A DNA stretch of 64,000 bases from Candidatus Heimdallarchaeota archaeon (GTDB lineage: Archaea > Asgardarchaeota > Heimdallarchaeia > Heimdallarchaeales > Heimdallarchaeaceae): positions 28,340-92,339 of the forward strand of contig JABCTC010000011.1 of NCBI GenBank assembly GCA_018238545.1, in the 5' to 3' direction. The translations under genes and the position numbers were made by a program. Numbering within the stretch: the first letter of the stretch is position 1; the number at the start of each line of letters is the position of its first letter. The notes under the pieces are model-generated. The model ran no database searches. It was not told the DNA's origin and was given only the letters and a program-made list of their open reading frames with translations. Below, in pieces: positions 40,752-51,941 of this stretch.

Positions 40752-42245
40752 ATGTCAAAAAAGAGTATAGGTACAATTATAGTAGATGAAGATCATTCGC
40801 CTAATCCAACACAATTCAGTTTTGTTTTAACCAAACCTGAAGATGAATTTAAAATGCAAAAGGGGATGTTTATTGTTGTTCCTTCTGAAGAAGGAGAGGT
40901 TATTTCAGTAGTTAATGAGGTCTATAAGACAAACAGATATTTCTCGTCCCCATCAGCTGTAAGAGCTTATGAAACAAGTGGAAAAACTTTAGCTTCTATT
41001 TTTCCAGCTGATAGATGGGAATATATCATTGCAAAAGCAAAACCTTTGGGTATTATAACCGAAACGGGCATTCAAAGATTGATGTATCCAGTATCTCCTG
41101 GTGAAACGGTATACTCGCCTGATAAGCAAATATTAACTAGATTCCTTGGTTTACAGAGTGTAAAAGGATTGAATATTGGAGTAATTGGACAACACGAATT
41201 AGAGGTGAGGTTGAATTTAACAAGATTCTTGCAGAAACACGCAGCAATTCTAGCAATTTCAGGTGCAGGTAAATCTTATACAGTTTCAGTGGTCATTGAA
41301 GAGCTACTGCTAAGACAAAAAGAAGAAGGAAGAGTAGCTATAGTACTCTTTGATGTCCACGGGGAATATAAGGGAATGGCAGCTGATAAATCTCCTTTTG
41401 CTAGTTCAATAGAAGTTTTTCCTGCCGCTTTAATAGAATTTGCCACGAATTCATTAAGTGGAAGGCAGTTTGCAATTTATCAACCTCAGATGTCTTCTGT
41501 ACAAACAAGGGAATTATCCAAGATTACCTCGAAATTATATAAAGAAAAAACAAAACAAGGTATCACTTATACTATTGAAGACATTTTAAAAGAACTCGAA
41601 AAGGATGACCAAATAAATCAAAGGAGTAAAGAAGCACTAATAGGATGGCTTTATTCTTTGAAAGGAACACGATTATTTGGACAAATCGAGAATCCAAATC
41701 TTGAAAAAATATTGAAACCAGGTAAACTGATAATTTTTGATCTTAGTGAATTTACAAGTCTAAAACTCAAACAGATGATAGTTAGTTATATTCTTTTCAG
41801 GATATTCGAGCTACGCAAAAAACAATTGGTTCCTCCAACAACTATAATATTAGAGGAAGCACATCAATTTGCAAGCGAATCAAAATTAGAGATGGCAATC
41901 GCCCGACCCATTATTGAAACAATAGCACGTGAAGGAAGAAAATTTTTCACTTCTCTAATACTAGTTAGTCAACGCCCAGTAAAATTATCAACCACCGCAC
42001 TTAGTCAGTGTAACACTCACATAATCATGAAAATTCTTAATCCTTATGATCTTGATTATATTGGAAAGTCATCAGAGGGAATAGACAGGGCTACTTTGGG
42101 TTCTATTACTTCACTTGGTGTTGGTGAAGCAGTTATAGTAGGTAGTGCTGTCAATCACCCCATTTCTGTGAAAATTCGAAGACGTAAAACAACTACTATG
42201 GAAACTAAAAATCTTGAGGAATCCGCAAAAAACTTTGATAAATAG
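40752..42245 (+). CDS. herA: HerA helicase/translocase
   Basis: HAS barrel; KHAAILAISGAGKS, FDVHGEY, EEAH, IAREGRKF, SQRP, LSQCN. Confidence 0.93.
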   Translation: MSKKSIGTIIVDEDHSPNPTQFSFVLTKPEDEFKMQKGMFIVVPSEEGEVISVVNEVYKTNRYFSSPSAVRAYETSGKTLASIFPADRWEYIIAKAKPLGIITETGIQRLMYPVSPGETVYSPDKQILTRFLGLQSVKGLNIGVIGQHELEVRLNLTRFLQKHAAILAISGAGKSYTVSVVIEELLLRQKEEGRVAIVLFDVHGEYKGMAADKSPFASSIEVFPAALIEFATNSLSGRQFAIYQPQMSSVQTRELSKITSKLYKEKTKQGITYTIEDILKELEKDDQINQRSKEALIGWLYSLKGTRLFGQIENPNLEKILKPGKLIIFDLSEFTSLKLKQMIVSYILFRIFELRKKQLVPPTTIILEEAHQFASESKLEMAIARPIIETIAREGRKFFTSLILVSQRPVKLSTTALSQCNTHIIMKILNPYDLDYIGKSSEGIDRATLGSITSLGVGEAVIVGSAVNHPISVKIRRRKTTTMETKNLEESAKNFDK

Positions 42246-42325
42246 CTTGTTGAGTTCGTTAATCAAAATCTTTTTAAATATTGGTCAATCCCTCGATTCA
42301 GTAAATCTTACCATTTGGTGAAAAT

Positions 42326-42568
42326 ATGAGCAACGTTCACAGCATTCCCATCAACACCTTGCGAAAGGTTATTGGTCAATATATTGTAATCAGACTAAAA
42401 GACAACGTGAAATATAAAGGAAAACTTCAAAGCTTTGATCAATACATGAACTGTCATTTGAATGACGCAATAGAGATTATTGATGGAGAAGAAGTTTCAA
42501 AATATGGAAACATATTTGTTCGAGGGAATAACATACTTCTTGTACAATTATCAGCAGATGATCTTTAA
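42326..42568 (+). CDS. Sm-like archaeal protein (SmAP/Lsm)
   Basis: Sm1 G.LQSFDQYMN..L; Sm2 FVRGNNI. Confidence 0.92.
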   Translation: MSNVHSIPINTLRKVIGQYIVIRLKDNVKYKGKLQSFDQYMNCHLNDAIEIIDGEEVSKYGNIFVRGNNILLVQLSADDL

Positions 42569-42570
42569 TT

Positions 42571-44712
42571 TCAATTAAATTCATCTTCTACATCATCGTT
42601 CTCAGATGGATGTAGCCTACGATTTCTCTTATTCTGCAATCTTTCATCGTATTCTTCAATTTCTTTTTTGCGTTCATCTCTATACTCATCTAGTAAACTA
42701 TCTAAAATTCCCTCTTTCTTTTCTACCATTTTGATATCCAATTCCTTTTTTGCAAGTTCTAGCATTTTTTGGAGATCTTCTTCCTTAATTACAGCTATTT
42801 CATCAATTCTAATTATTTCAACATCAGTTGGTTTTGCCATAGGTATTTCTGCTTCAAATAATTTAAGTTTAGCATTGTAAGATAATTGGTCAACATTACC
42901 AATCATGCCCTTAATTCTATAAGATAGTAATTGTTCTGCTGTTTTTCCTCCTCCACCTGTACTATCTAAGATTAACACAACATCTCCAGGACCTAAACCG
43001 TAAGCTTTTTCAGTATTTTCAATTTCTTCTTGAGAAAATTTTCTTATAACTTTTAATGGAACCCACCCATCCATTCCTCGTAACAATGAAACTTTCTTGA
43101 GTTCATCGACCCTATCAGCATATCTTTCAAGTTCTTCTTCAAGGTTTTTCATCTTTTCTCTTAAGAAGGATATTTCATTTTTTTTGACTAAGAAGGCTTT
43201 TTCTCGTTGAAGAGTCTCCATATATTCAGATTTCCCTTCTAGTAACTTATCCTCTAAATACTCCATTTTTTCTTCCAATGACTGATATTCTACATATAGT
43301 TCGCTGTTTTTTCTTCGTTCCCAATCTAATTGTTCCTGTAACATAATTATCTTGGAATTTAGATCATCAGTGGAGATTGGAGGAGTATCTTCCTTTGCTT
43401 CGATTATTGTAGAAGGTTGGAATATCTCCTCAATAAACGATTGATTTACTATATTTTCAGCTTCAACTAGTGATTTTCCTTTTACAATTAAATCCTTAAT
43501 CTCATCTCTTATTGATCTGTCAAACTGATCATAGTATTTTCGTTCGATTTTTTCGAATTCATTCTTGAACTTGATATAACCCTTATATGCAGAAGCAAGG
43601 GAATCTCTTTGATGAGCATTCTTGACTAAAATACCATGTTGCATAGCTAGTTTTCTTGAGATTTCATTTTTTTCAGCGACTGTCATAACACTTCTCGGAG
43701 TATAAGTACGAGAGCTTAGTGTTGCTGCTACTTTCTCGACATATGCTGGATAAGGATAGACATCTACACATATCAAAGTTGGTTTACCATATTTTGTAAT
43801 CTCTCTGATAATTTGCCCTCTACTAGCTTCTCTATAACTTGCAATTTTCAGAATTTTCCCGTTCAAATCCATGATTGAGAGACCAATAGTTAAACCAGGA
43901 TCTAATCCTACAATCAACCTTCTGAGAGAAGATTTTATCTGAACTTGTTGAGATAAAGGAATAAATTCAACTCTTTCCTTGTTAACAGGATGAACCTGAA
44001 CTTGACATGTTTCTCCTCGTCTTCTTCTAAAAGACTTAGTAACTTCTGAGAGGGGGGCATAAACGCTAAACACCACACGTTTTGAACCAAATTTGCTTCT
44101 TGCAGTCTTCTTATCATAATCTAATCTCAATTCTATAAGCTGTGCTTCTATTTTCTTTGCTTCCTGATTTACAGAAGTATCTATTAATCTCCCATATCGT
44201 TTCTGACTCCATCCTCCTGGACCCTTTGCTCTAGATCGTGAAACAATAATTTTTGTTTCATCCTCAAAAGGTTCAATGACATATCCAAGTTTTTTGCTTG
44301 ACAAAAAACTACAGGCTTCTGCTGCATCCATTGGTGTAAGCTTAGCAGGTATTTTCATCCCATTTTGTCGCATAAGTTTAGTTAAAGATGTAAAACCGTG
44401 GATTGGTGAACCAGTTACCTGAACTAATTTTGTTTTGGGCAACAATTGAATACATAATCTTGGAATTTGTGAAGGATTCTTAACTAATTCATAAATGTTA
44501 TCAGTTGCTACATAGGAGGCCTGAGAGCTTCTTGCTAAGCCAATAATTTTCTGAAGATTCGCTTTTTTATATTTCTTGATTATCTCTTCTTTGTTGCCAT
44601 CATAAACACACACCGAATAATGAGTGGCTTTTGATGGAATGCTCTGAGGAAGAATATCTACACCGATGATTATGAAATCAGAATCTTCTTTTGATATGTC
44701 TACCACCTTCAT
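42571..44712 (-). CDS. DUF460 protein (RNase H-fold domains plus coiled coil)
   Basis: IIGVDI, ATDNIYEL, LVQVTG, GPGGWSQKRY, VGLDPG, HQRD. Confidence 0.88.
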   Translation of the reverse strand: MKVVDISKEDSDFIIIGVDILPQSIPSKATHYSVCVYDGNKEEIIKKYKKANLQKIIGLARSSQASYVATDNIYELVKNPSQIPRLCIQLLPKTKLVQVTGSPIHGFTSLTKLMRQNGMKIPAKLTPMDAAEACSFLSSKKLGYVIEPFEDETKIIVSRSRAKGPGGWSQKRYGRLIDTSVNQEAKKIEAQLIELRLDYDKKTARSKFGSKRVVFSVYAPLSEVTKSFRRRRGETCQVQVHPVNKERVEFIPLSQQVQIKSSLRRLIVGLDPGLTIGLSIMDLNGKILKIASYREASRGQIIREITKYGKPTLICVDVYPYPAYVEKVAATLSSRTYTPRSVMTVAEKNEISRKLAMQHGILVKNAHQRDSLASAYKGYIKFKNEFEKIERKYYDQFDRSIRDEIKDLIVKGKSLVEAENIVNQSFIEEIFQPSTIIEAKEDTPPISTDDLNSKIIMLQEQLDWERRKNSELYVEYQSLEEKMEYLEDKLLEGKSEYMETLQREKAFLVKKNEISFLREKMKNLEEELERYADRVDELKKVSLLRGMDGWVPLKVIRKFSQEEIENTEKAYGLGPGDVVLILDSTGGGGKTAEQLLSYRIKGMIGNVDQLSYNAKLKLFEAEIPMAKPTDVEIIRIDEIAVIKEEDLQKMLELAKKELDIKMVEKKEGILDSLLDEYRDERKKEIEEYDERLQNKRNRRLHPSENDDVEDEFN

Positions 44713-45602
44713 TTCTTTCCAACAATATACTCAACAACATCTTCAATTTCAGGACTTATAAACCATTTATTTCCAAAGTAATTAAAAAGATGATTGAAAT
44801 CTCTTTCCAGAATCAAATCCGCATCTGGATGATCTGTCGAAATTGCTTGAGGAAAATCTATTATTGTTATGGAATCTTTTTTTTCATTATAGAGGATATT
44901 ATACTCGGTTAAATCTGCATGAACAAGATTGTATTTGTTATACAATATTTTAGCGTACTCAATTACTTTTTCAAGTATTTTAATAGGTTTTTTCAGATTT
45001 TGCACTTTCACTAACTCTGTTCCCTCAATTACGTTCATTGCAATGATATGACGATTACGACCAAGTATTTTAGGAATAGGCAGTTTTGATTCTTGAAGCT
45101 TTGAAAGCACTTCATACTCTCGTTTAGAGGATAGTTCCGCTAAAGAAAAAACATTATAGTGAAACTTTCCTTTCAGTAAATCTCTTCTTTTCTTAACTTG
45201 TTGAAAACTGGCTCTCCCCGTTCGATTTATTTTCAGCATAATTTCATTTTCTTCAAAGTCTATTGCATGATAAATATCACTTTCTTTTCCAACTCCTTTT
45301 GCACGTCCAACCCCAGCAACCACTTTTTTATTATAGAGAATGTTTAAAGCTAATGCATCAAATCCTGCAAATGTAAGTGTATAACCCACAAATTGACCTG
45401 TCCACCTTCTAAGCAATTTCTTTTTATTGAGCTTAGAAACAATGAAACTTACTTCTTTACCAGTATAACCTGAATATGTAACAATTTTCTCTACTGGAGC
45501 GTATTCACCCTTCTTTAAAAGAGTTTCAACCATATTAAGAACTCTTAATTCTTGATTTGAAAGATCCTTTAGAACCCTTGCACCATATAGAGTTATAGAC
45601 AT
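44709..45602 (-). CDS. rio2: RIO2-type serine kinase
   Basis: N-terminal wHTH, GY.LT..GFD.LAL, GVGKESDIY, HADLTEYNI, IIDFPQ. Confidence 0.92.
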   Translation of the reverse strand: MSITLYGARVLKDLSNQELRVLNMVETLLKKGEYAPVEKIVTYSGYTGKEVSFIVSKLNKKKLLRRWTGQFVGYTLTFAGFDALALNILYNKKVVAGVGRAKGVGKESDIYHAIDFEENEIMLKINRTGRASFQQVKKRRDLLKGKFHYNVFSLAELSSKREYEVLSKLQESKLPIPKILGRNRHIIAMNVIEGTELVKVQNLKKPIKILEKVIEYAKILYNKYNLVHADLTEYNILYNEKKDSITIIDFPQAISTDHPDADLILERDFNHLFNYFGNKWFISPEIEDVVEYIVGKK

Positions 45603-45656
45603 TAACTACCAATCAATGGGATAACTTAAAATTCTTTTCTTTCTTATTGTTATTTA

Positions 45657-46202
45657 ATGAAAAATAAAAAATATGAAGTCAGAAGAAGATACGATGCTAC
45701 GGCTACACAGTATGATAAGAGATATTTGGATATTCAAATGACAAAATACAATGAAATATTCTCTGAAATAGAAATAGATGATTCTGAAATCATATTGGAC
45801 GTCGGTGGAGGAACAGGTTTATTACTTGATTTTATGGGAAATCAGATATCAAATGTTTTTTGCTGCGACATCTCATTTAACATGTTAAAGGAAGGGAAAA
45901 ATAAACACAAGGCAAATCATTTCATTTGTGCAGATAGTGATTATTTACCATTCAAAGAAAATATATTTAACAAAGTCATATGCATATCTGTAATCCAAAA
46001 TGTCCCTAATCCTCAAAAAACAGTACGAGAGATATATTCAATTCTTAGATGTGAAGGAATTCTTATATTAACTGCTTTAGCTAAACTATTTTCAGATTCA
46101 AAAATAGGAGAGATAACGCTCAAAGCTAACTTCTCTGTGCTCAAACTTTGGCAATTATCTATTGAAGATATCTCTGTTATAGCAAAAAAGAATGATTGTT
46201 AA
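45657..46202 (+). CDS. Class I SAM-dependent methyltransferase
   Basis: ILDVGGGTG, DIS..ML, AD...LPF. Confidence 0.88.
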   Translation: MKNKKYEVRRRYDATATQYDKRYLDIQMTKYNEIFSEIEIDDSEIILDVGGGTGLLLDFMGNQISNVFCCDISFNMLKEGKNKHKANHFICADSDYLPFKENIFNKVICISVIQNVPNPQKTVREIYSILRCEGILILTALAKLFSDSKIGEITLKANFSVLKLWQLSIEDISVIAKKNDC

Positions 46203-46212
46203 TATGTACAAA

Positions 46213-46494
46213 TCATACAATATTTAGAATGATTTTATTCACTCTTGTTTTACAGACTTTCCTGACACCATGAGCTCCAGGCTCATATCTACTATCTAAC
46301 ACCCCAGCTTTTTCTAAATACTTTATTTGAGCTGAAGTATTAGCTTCTGTCTGTTTCATTCTTTTAGCAATACTAGAAATATCCATTTCTTTGTCAAGTA
46401 ATAGCTTAACGATTTTATACCTTGTTGGCGAGGATAAGGCTTTAGCTAATTTTATTATGTTTTCTTCATCACTTAATTCTAATATCTCTGTCAT
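46213..46494 (-). CDS. ArsR-family HTH transcriptional regulator
   Basis: KALSSPTRYKIV.LL...S.IA......S.QIK.LEKAG. Confidence 0.88.
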   Translation of the reverse strand: MTEILELSDEENIIKLAKALSSPTRYKIVKLLLDKEMDISSIAKRMKQTEANTSAQIKYLEKAGVLDSRYEPGAHGVRKVCKTRVNKIILNIV

Positions 46495-46798
46495 TATACC
46501 ACCCCAAGTTTAATGCATACATGAACATTCACATAATTATATAAAACTAGTGGTTGGTTAAAATAATAATTGCTTATTCGTTTATTATTCTGTGCAAAGA
46601 AATATATAGTTGTTTCATTATTCTAATGTCGACTTTCATCTCTTTAGATAACCGAGAATCAATAGAATCATTAATTGTGAAGTAAAATCATTCTTTATCT
46701 TAAGAATAAAAGATAATTTCATCACAAATAGTTAATCTTATAGAGATTAGAAATAAAATTGTTTTAAAGCAGAAACTTTACTGGAAAGTGAGAGAAAC

Positions 46799-47917
46799 AT
46801 GAGCTCCACTGTAGATGATAAAATTCGCGATATTGAGGAACAAATAAAGCAAACTCAAAAAAACAAGTCTACTGAGCACCACATAGGTATGCTCAAAGCC
46901 AAAATTGCTAAATTGCGAAGAAGAAAGCTCGAGATTCAGTTTTCTTCAAGTTCCAGTAAAGGTTACGGATTTGATATTCGAAAAACAGGTGATGGAACAG
47001 TTGTTCTCATAGGATTTCCATCAACCGGTAAATCTACTTTAATTACTTCAATCACAGGTGCACAATCCAAAATAGGGGCTTATGCTTTTACTACCACAAA
47101 AGCTATACCAGGAATATTGTTTCACAAAGGCACTCAGATACAAATTGTAGACCTTCCAGGAATTATAGAAGATGCAAGTATAGGAAAAGGAAGAGGGAAG
47201 GAAATTCTCGCTGTAGCAAGAGGTTCTGACATGATACTTTTACTTCTTGAACCGAAAAATGCTAAGAAATACTATGATAAAATAATTATTGAATTACAAA
47301 AGGTTGCTATTCGCCCTGGTATGGTAGAACCTATCATAATAATTAAGAAAGAGGATAGGGGAGGAATTGCTCTATCAACTTTGAGAAGACTTACTCACAT
47401 GACAGAGAAAACATTCAAAGGTATTCTTAGAGAGTATAAAGTAATTAACGCATCAGTTACTGTTCGCTGCGACCCCACTATTGATCAATTAATTGACATA
47501 TTAGAAGGTAATAGGGTTTATCCAAAGATTCTTATTTTAATCAATAAAATCGATTTAATATCCAAAAAGCAACAAAAATCTCTTACTAAACAATTTCCGG
47601 ATGCAATCTTCATTAGTGCTCTAAAGGGCGATAATATTAATAAACTAAAGGATAATATTGTTGTCAAACTAGAACTAATCAAAATTTATCTCAAAAAACA
47701 AGGTAAAAAAACTGATTATGAAGAACCTTTAATTGTAAAATACAGATCCTCAATAAAAGATGTTTGTGACAAAATTCACAGAAAGTTTGCTACAGAATTC
47801 CGATATGCAGTTGTTTATGGACCGAGTGCAAAGCATGACAATCAGAGAGTTGGTCTAGAGCATATAGTTAGAGATGGCGATGTTGTCACCATCATCATGA
47901 ACAAATACAAATTCTAA
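46799..47917 (+). CDS. DRG/Rbg family GTPase with TGS domain
   Basis: NK.TEHH, GFPSTGKST, YAFTT, DLPGII, NKID, C-terminal TGS. Confidence 0.95.
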   Translation: MSSTVDDKIRDIEEQIKQTQKNKSTEHHIGMLKAKIAKLRRRKLEIQFSSSSSKGYGFDIRKTGDGTVVLIGFPSTGKSTLITSITGAQSKIGAYAFTTTKAIPGILFHKGTQIQIVDLPGIIEDASIGKGRGKEILAVARGSDMILLLLEPKNAKKYYDKIIIELQKVAIRPGMVEPIIIIKKEDRGGIALSTLRRLTHMTEKTFKGILREYKVINASVTVRCDPTIDQLIDILEGNRVYPKILILINKIDLISKKQQKSLTKQFPDAIFISALKGDNINKLKDNIVVKLELIKIYLKKQGKKTDYEEPLIVKYRSSIKDVCDKIHRKFATEFRYAVVYGPSAKHDNQRVGLEHIVRDGDVVTIIMNKYKF

Positions 47918-47926
47918 ATTTCTTAG

Positions 47927-49486
47927 TTATTCTTTGAATTTTATTTCTCCACCTACAATGGTATAAACTATATCAACATCGTGAAATTCTTCTAACAATA
48001 TTTCATCGAGATTCTTATTCAAAATAACAATGTCTGCTAACTTACCTGAGCTCAATGAGCCTTTCACATTTTCCTCTTTAGAAGCAATTGCGGGATTCAA
48101 TGTATAACACTGGATAGCTTCTTCCAATGTTAATCGCAATTCAGGATTAGGATGAAAGATTGCTCCTTTGATACCATATAATGGACCTAACGGCATTCCA
48201 TCACTACCGAATATTATCAACAAACCTTCATCTAATATCCACTTGAACGGATTATTTATCAAAGTTCTTTCTCTTCCGATTCTTTGTTCATACATGCTAT
48301 TAACATCAATCATTCCCCAACGCCAAACAAAGTTAGGTTGCATAGAAAATACTATTCCATGAGATTTCGCTCTTTCAACATCTTCTTTTCTCAGAATTTC
48401 TGCGTGTTCTATGCGATGCAGAGCTTCCTTTGATTCTTCAGGGGTAATGTTTTCTATGATTGCAGAAATGAGGTTACTGACAGCCTTGTCACCTATGGCA
48501 TGAGCTGCAAGTTGCAAATTGTTTTCATGTACTAGTGTAACCATTTCCTTCAGTTTACCTTCATCATAAAGAGCAAATCCTTTTTCTCCTGGTTTATCGA
48601 GATAATCTTCATAGACATAAGCAGTTCTTGTACTCAGAGCACCATCTGTCATCAGTTTACATGCACCAATCCTGAACCATTTATCTCCAAAATCTCGATC
48701 AAGACCAATTTTTATTGCCTCAGATATCATATCCTCATAGATGATACCATATACTCGTATAGGCAGTTTTTTCTCTTTGATAAGATGTAAATAAGCTGGT
48801 AGAACCTCATATGTAATGTTATCATGAATTGAGGTTATGCCAAGGGATAACGCTTCTTCAATACCTAATTCCAGACCTCTAATAAACATATCAGGAGTGG
48901 GTTTTATTTCTTGTTTATTAGAAAGATCAACGTCTCTCAAAATACCGGTAATCTTACCTTTTTCATCTAAATCTACACCAAGTTGGTCTTTTGATAATTC
49001 AAGACTTTCGAATCCAAGAGAATTTACAGCAACTGAGTGTCCTGATACATGACGAAGAATAACAGGATTGTCAGGACTGATTGGGTCAAGATCAGCAGCT
49101 GTAATATAGCGTTGTGTTATCCAGTTACTTTGATCCCAAGCTCTACCTATTATCCATTCTCCTTTCTCTTTTGTTACAATCTCTTCTTCAACCAAATCCA
49201 GCACTTCTTCAAGACTCTTTGCTTTTCGGAGGTCTAGATATATTCTATTCAACCCAGTCCAAGCTATGTGAGTATGAGCATCAATAAAACCAGGAAGAAT
49301 TGTATTGCCTTTAGCATCAATTATTTCTGTCCTAGGACCTATCAAAGGTTCAATTTCTTCCTTATTACCAACTTTCATTATTGTATTGGAAAAAATTGCT
49401 AAAGATTCAGATCTGGGCTTTGTTTCATCAAACGTCCAAATGTTTGCATTTGTAATTACAAGAGTTGCATGAAGTTGATTCTTCAT
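47927..49486 (-). CDS. Amidohydrolase (YtcJ-like)
   Basis: PGFIDAHTH, K...DGAL, HAIGD, RIEHAE, FGSD, GKLADIV. Confidence 0.9.
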   Translation of the reverse strand: MKNQLHATLVITNANIWTFDETKPRSESLAIFSNTIMKVGNKEEIEPLIGPRTEIIDAKGNTILPGFIDAHTHIAWTGLNRIYLDLRKAKSLEEVLDLVEEEIVTKEKGEWIIGRAWDQSNWITQRYITAADLDPISPDNPVILRHVSGHSVAVNSLGFESLELSKDQLGVDLDEKGKITGILRDVDLSNKQEIKPTPDMFIRGLELGIEEALSLGITSIHDNITYEVLPAYLHLIKEKKLPIRVYGIIYEDMISEAIKIGLDRDFGDKWFRIGACKLMTDGALSTRTAYVYEDYLDKPGEKGFALYDEGKLKEMVTLVHENNLQLAAHAIGDKAVSNLISAIIENITPEESKEALHRIEHAEILRKEDVERAKSHGIVFSMQPNFVWRWGMIDVNSMYEQRIGRERTLINNPFKWILDEGLLIIFGSDGMPLGPLYGIKGAIFHPNPELRLTLEEAIQCYTLNPAIASKEENVKGSLSSGKLADIVILNKNLDEILLEEFHDVDIVYTIVGGEIKFKE

Positions 49487-49601
49487 GAATCACCTTTGAA
49501 GTGGAGATATAATAATATTACTTCAGATAAACATCACGAAAATGTTATGTGTGTTCAGTTTTACACAAATAAAGGTTATATAGAGCGTCGACAAATTTCT
49601 A

Positions 49602-50507
49602 TTGAGTACTATGTCTGAAGTTTCTTTAGTAATAAGCCAAAACAGAGAAAAGGCAACTGTTCAAGTAATAGACCTTTTAGCAGAAAACAAAGTTCAAGGG
49701 AAAAAGGTTGTATTAAAACCTAATTTCAACACAGCAGATCCTGCTCCAGGTTCCACGGATATAGGTACATTAAGATCATTAATTGTAAAACTGAGAGAGA
49801 TGGGAGCAAAATCAATCACACTTGCAGAGAGAAGTGGTCCTGTAGATACACGAAAATGTATGGAAGAGAAAGGGATATTAGAATTAGCTGAAGAATTAGA
49901 TTTTCAAATAATTAATCTTGCTGAAGTAGGTGTAGAAGAATATATCCACATTAGACCAGAGGACAGTTACTGGAAAGATGGATTTCTATTTGCTAAAATT
50001 TATCATGATGCAGAATTTATTGTTGAAACTTGTTGTTTGAAAACCCATCAATATGGGGGCCATTTCACTTTATCACTGAAAAACGCTGTAGGGTTAGTAC
50101 CTAAAAGGGATCTAAATGGCAATTCGTATATGAGAGAGTTACATAGTTCATCAAATCAACGCAAGTTAATTGCAGATATAAATAGTGCTTTCTCGCCTGA
50201 TTTGATAGTTCTAGATGGAGTAACAGCATATGTAGATGGAGGACCAGCTGTTGGAACGAAAAAAGAAGCTAATGTTATGCTAGCGAGCAAAGATCGGATA
50301 GCAATAGATGCTGTTGGTGTTGCCATCCTACGAATATTGGGTACAACGACTGAAGTAAAAAGAGCATCAATTTTTGAACAAGAACAGATAGCTAGAGCAG
50401 TTGAACTTAATTTAGGAGTAACAAAACCAGACGAAATTGAAATAATAACAGACTCAAAAGAAGCTGAAAAATTAGCAGAGCAAATTATGACAAAACTTCA
50501 AGAATAG
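49602..50507 (+). CDS. DUF362 family protein
   Basis: VVLKPNF, LKTH....TLSLKN..G, DL...DG, D..A.D. Confidence 0.88.
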   Translation: MSTMSEVSLVISQNREKATVQVIDLLAENKVQGKKVVLKPNFNTADPAPGSTDIGTLRSLIVKLREMGAKSITLAERSGPVDTRKCMEEKGILELAEELDFQIINLAEVGVEEYIHIRPEDSYWKDGFLFAKIYHDAEFIVETCCLKTHQYGGHFTLSLKNAVGLVPKRDLNGNSYMRELHSSSNQRKLIADINSAFSPDLIVLDGVTAYVDGGPAVGTKKEANVMLASKDRIAIDAVGVAILRILGTTTEVKRASIFEQEQIARAVELNLGVTKPDEIEIITDSKEAEKLAEQIMTKLQE

Positions 50508-50581
50508 CAATCTAATTACCTTTTTCTTCCTTAGGCTAGTTACAACAATATTTTAAACTAGGAGCTGATTTTGTTAATAGA

Positions 50582-51889
50582 ATGCCTGAAATTGGAGTCT
50601 TACCAGAAGTATCATCTTTTGATTCAGCTGAAGGTAAAGGTTTCAAAGCTAAAGGATTTCTTAAGTCTAAAGAGACTAGAGAAGTGTTAGCTTTCATTAC
50701 AGCGCAATTTCTTAGTTTTTCAATCTACATGTCAGTTCGACAGCTCTTCCCCCTGTATCTTCTAGAAAGGTATGGTATTTCTGAAACTGAAGTTCTAATA
50801 AAATGGGGAATCATTGTTACAGCATACACATTTACAGGTTTAATAGCTAGGATACCAAGCGGATGGATTGTAGAAAAAGTAGGAAGAAAACCAGCTGTTA
50901 TGTCGTCGTACATTATCATGACAATAGCAGTTGGGTGCTTAGCTTTAACAGATAATACAGCTATACTAGCATTACTATTTGCCTTTCTACGTTTAACAAA
51001 CAATATTTTTGGACTTTCTAGTCGATCCTTATTATCAGACTTAAAGTCACCCCATAAAGGAATATACAACTCGTTGATTTCAAGTTCTGGTAGACTTGGA
51101 ACACTTATAGGTTCTGTTGGATTAGGCTTTGTTTTACAGTTTCTCCCCGCTTATTTTATGATAATAATTGCGTTAATTTTGTCTATTATTGGTTTAATTT
51201 CATTTAGGTTGCTTTTTGTAAAGGGGGGAGGAGAAACGGTTCATTTTATACGCAGAGTTGACGTGAAAAGTGGACATAAAGAGAAATTTGATTTCAAGGT
51301 TTTCAAATCAAGTACGTTAATTTTCTTTGTATTCGCTTTTATTTTGTTTGGATTAATTTCAGGTGTAACGGATCCTATTATGGCTCTTTATGGTAAAAAT
51401 GTTTTAAACCTTTCAGAGGGTTACATAGGTTTACTTTTAGGGTTATCACAGCTTAGTTTCATAATTGTTTCACCAATAATCGGATGGCTTATTTCTAACA
51501 AACCAAAACTAACGAATTATTTAATGGTATTTTCAGCGGTTATAATCTTAAGTAACTACCTTCTAATTTACTTCTTTTATGATAGCGTTGGGATGTATAT
51601 TGCGGCGTTATTCATAAAAAACATAGCTCACGCACTCTTCTTTCCCGTTGTGTTTACTATTCTTACATATGATTTACCAAAGGCACATTTTTCAATTTTA
51701 TACTCAATAATCACCACAGGTTTCTTTTTAGGAAATACAGGAACTTCGTATTTGTCTACGGTTCTTTACGGCTTATCGGCGCGATATCCTTGGTTAGCTG
51801 CAGGAATTATTAGTTCAGTATTGCTTTGTTTATCATTAGTATATTGTATCTATAAGCGTGTTAAGCCGCGAGAAGTACAATCTCAGTGA
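50582..51889 (+). CDS. MFS transporter
   Basis: About 12 TM helices; G...EKVGRK motif. Confidence 0.85.
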   Translation: MPEIGVLPEVSSFDSAEGKGFKAKGFLKSKETREVLAFITAQFLSFSIYMSVRQLFPLYLLERYGISETEVLIKWGIIVTAYTFTGLIARIPSGWIVEKVGRKPAVMSSYIIMTIAVGCLALTDNTAILALLFAFLRLTNNIFGLSSRSLLSDLKSPHKGIYNSLISSSGRLGTLIGSVGLGFVLQFLPAYFMIIIALILSIIGLISFRLLFVKGGGETVHFIRRVDVKSGHKEKFDFKVFKSSTLIFFVFAFILFGLISGVTDPIMALYGKNVLNLSEGYIGLLLGLSQLSFIIVSPIIGWLISNKPKLTNYLMVFSAVIILSNYLLIYFFYDSVGMYIAALFIKNIAHALFFPVVFTILTYDLPKAHFSILYSIITTGFFLGNTGTSYLSTVLYGLSARYPWLAAGIISSVLLCLSLVYCIYKRVKPREVQSQ

Positions 51890-51941
51890 TTTAGCATGTT
51901 GATTTTGCTGTGCTTATATAGCCCTCTAAATATAAAATGAT

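Noticed and set aside
39585-42245. NurA-HerA as an antiviral nuclease-HerA defence system
   Set aside because: Canonical archaeal DNA end-resection pair in a housekeeping context.
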